Shown here: piece by piece, positions 62,093 through 64,000 of the stretch | Layout: every line of letters begins with the position of its first letter | How positions within the stretch are numbered: position 1 is the first letter of the stretch | Assembly (NCBI RefSeq): GCF_009914755.1 | Contig: NC_060927.1 | Source of the DNA: the human T2T-CHM13v2.0 reference genome, Homo sapiens | Direction: 5' to 3' (one strand) | Length of the DNA: 64,000 bases | Made by a program: the position numbers and the translations under genes | Notes under the pieces: generated by a model | Told to the model about the DNA's origin: nothing | What the model saw: the letters and a program-made list of their open reading frames with translations, nothing else | Databases searched by the model: none

Positions 62093-62440
62093 TCCTATCG
62101 GTTAGGGTATTTGACCCTCCAAACCTCATGTTGAAATCTGATCCCCAATGCTGGGGGTGGGACCTGGGGAGAGGGTGAGTAAGTCCTTACTGTTAGTTTC
62201 TGATCTGCTGGTGAAAAGCCCGTTGCCACCCCCTAGCTCCTCTTCGCCATGTGACCTCTGCACAGGCTGGATCCCTTCACCTTCCCCCATGAGTGGAAGC
62301 AGCATGAGGCCCTCACCAGATGCAGGTGCTGGTGCCATGCTTTTTATACAGCCTGCAGAACCATGAACCAAATAGACCTCTTTTCTTTTCAAATCATTCA
62401 GCCTCAGGTGTTCCTTAATAGCAGCACCAATGGACTAAGA
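62093..62440 (+). mobile_element. MST-type MaLR LTR
   Basis: ctcatgttgaaatctgatccccaatg...gaggccctcaccagatgcag...cagcctcaggt...tggactaaga. Confidence 0.85.
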
Positions 62441-62899
62441 TGAGCCCTGTTTATTTCTGGATTTAACTTATTGTCAAGACCCCTAAAAATCTATCTCGAA
62501 AGCTTGTTTCTCTTTTCTATCTCTGCTAAGCAGAAATTGAAATACAAAATATGATTTCAATTCAAAATGAAAAGAAACGCATAAACACAAATATTAAAAA
62601 AAGAAAACAGGAAAAAAGGAAGAATGAAATACTTCACTAGGCAAGCTTCTGGTTTTCCAGAGACCAGCCCAATCATCTCAAATATGTCATTAGATAAGAT
62701 TCACCTGAGACTCGCCTCTTTCCCTTCCCCACGTGGAGGACACAGTATGGTGGCTGAAAACTCAAGGTGGTGAGGACATGGAAAGGTGAGGGAAGGTGGT
62801 GGGCTAACACAGGTATGAACCAGAGGCCTGCAGTTGAGAATGGGGGTGGTGAAGGAGAGACAGAGGTGACAGGTGGAAGAGATGGCCAGTGTGGCTGGA

Positions 62900-63900
62900 A
62901 AACCAGTTACATGGAGCAAACAGGCAAACTGAGCAAAAAAATCAATATATTAAGGAAAATGGGCTTCTTGCTGTTGGAGGAGGTATTAACAAACATGGAA
63001 GGGAAAATGCGAGAAAGAACACTGAGGTATTAGACTGTGGTTGGAGGGATCAGTATGAACCCATGATTTATATACACACACAGCTATATAAATACTTCCA
63101 GATGTAAATGTGTGTGAGTGTATATGTGTGTGTATGTGTGTATATGTATATGTACCCAAGCTTTCTCTACTGAGAGGGTCTAGAAGCAATGACATCTCAG
63201 TAGCAGTGAGCACCTCATCTACCCAGATCCTGGATCCTAAGTTACCATCCTCTACTAAAAGGAATCAGGCAGGGCTCTTTGGCAAAATGGCTGATTCCAG
63301 GGCTGGGGCTGGGGAAGTACAAGATGAGTCTGGAAATCTTTTTGTGCCGGATCATAAGGAAATACTCAATGGATGATGGAAGGAAGTTAAAAGGACCAGG
63401 AGGAAGAACTCCCACTGGCCAAATCCTAGATAGTTTTAGCATCAAAATAAATAATAGACTATAACCCATTGAATTATACAGGAATTCATGAGTCCAAACA
63501 GATATAAATAAAATAAATAAATGGGAGAAAGGGAAAGCTATTTCTTATAGAATGCCAACTCCCATGTGTAAAAGAAATGACAGAAATAGACAGTTGCCAT
63601 TTGATAACCATCACAGAGGTGGCTGACACAGGCAGGAGTCATTCCCACAAAATACTAATTAATAAAAAGGAGGTGAACTGGAGGTGGAGAAACCTGGCAG
63701 ATGCTAACAGGAGCAGGTGACAGAGGTCAACGTCACCAGGAGTGGGAAGGGTAGTCATGGCGTGCCTCCTGAGAAGAGCAGGCATGGCTTGAATTGGTTA
63801 TCAGGGAACGCTGAATGGACCTAGGCTGAGAACTTACAGCCTGTACTCTTTAAAATTGACACAAGGCCATGAGGGACAGGGCAAGGCTGAGGAGATCGTC
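62900..63900 (+). mobile_element. L1MC/MD-type 3' UTR remnants with (TG)-rich tract at ~63108-63152
   Basis: agagggtctagaagcaatgacatctcagtagc...ggcaaaatggctgattccagggctggggc. Confidence 0.6.
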
Positions 63901-64000
63901 CAGACTGAAGGAGTCTGGAGAGACCTGACAAAGAAACATCACACGGATGTGGCAGGACCATCACAGCAACCGCATGTCTCCTTCTCCCATGAATCCCAGT

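Overview
Primate (very probably human) genomic DNA, not microbial. The only supportable protein-coding sequence is the 3' end of HACD2 (PTPLB, very-long-chain 3-hydroxyacyl-CoA dehydratase 2) on the minus strand. Its last three coding exons (52849-52970, 50804-50982, 45181-45263) splice in frame to ...VQSEDSVLL...LYPMGVSGE...HKKFE*, followed by a ~3.3 kb 3' UTR containing an AluY. The window opens in a CpG island with promoter motifs. From recalled human gene order (ADCY5-HACD2-MYLK, 3q21) this is inferred to be the upstream/promoter region of ADCY5, whose CDS lies outside the window. The ~40 kb between is intergenic and dense in Alu, L1, L2/MIR, MaLR LTR and DNA-transposon fossils. I found no evidence of a novel multi-gene system. 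The best oddities are small: a tail-less Alu with intact target-site duplications, a de novo hairpin inside an AluY, three clustered tandem duplications, a 32-bp E-box minisatellite, a possible upstream non-coding exon/promoter, and candidate enhancers. Repeat families were assigned by eye and their boundaries are approximate.
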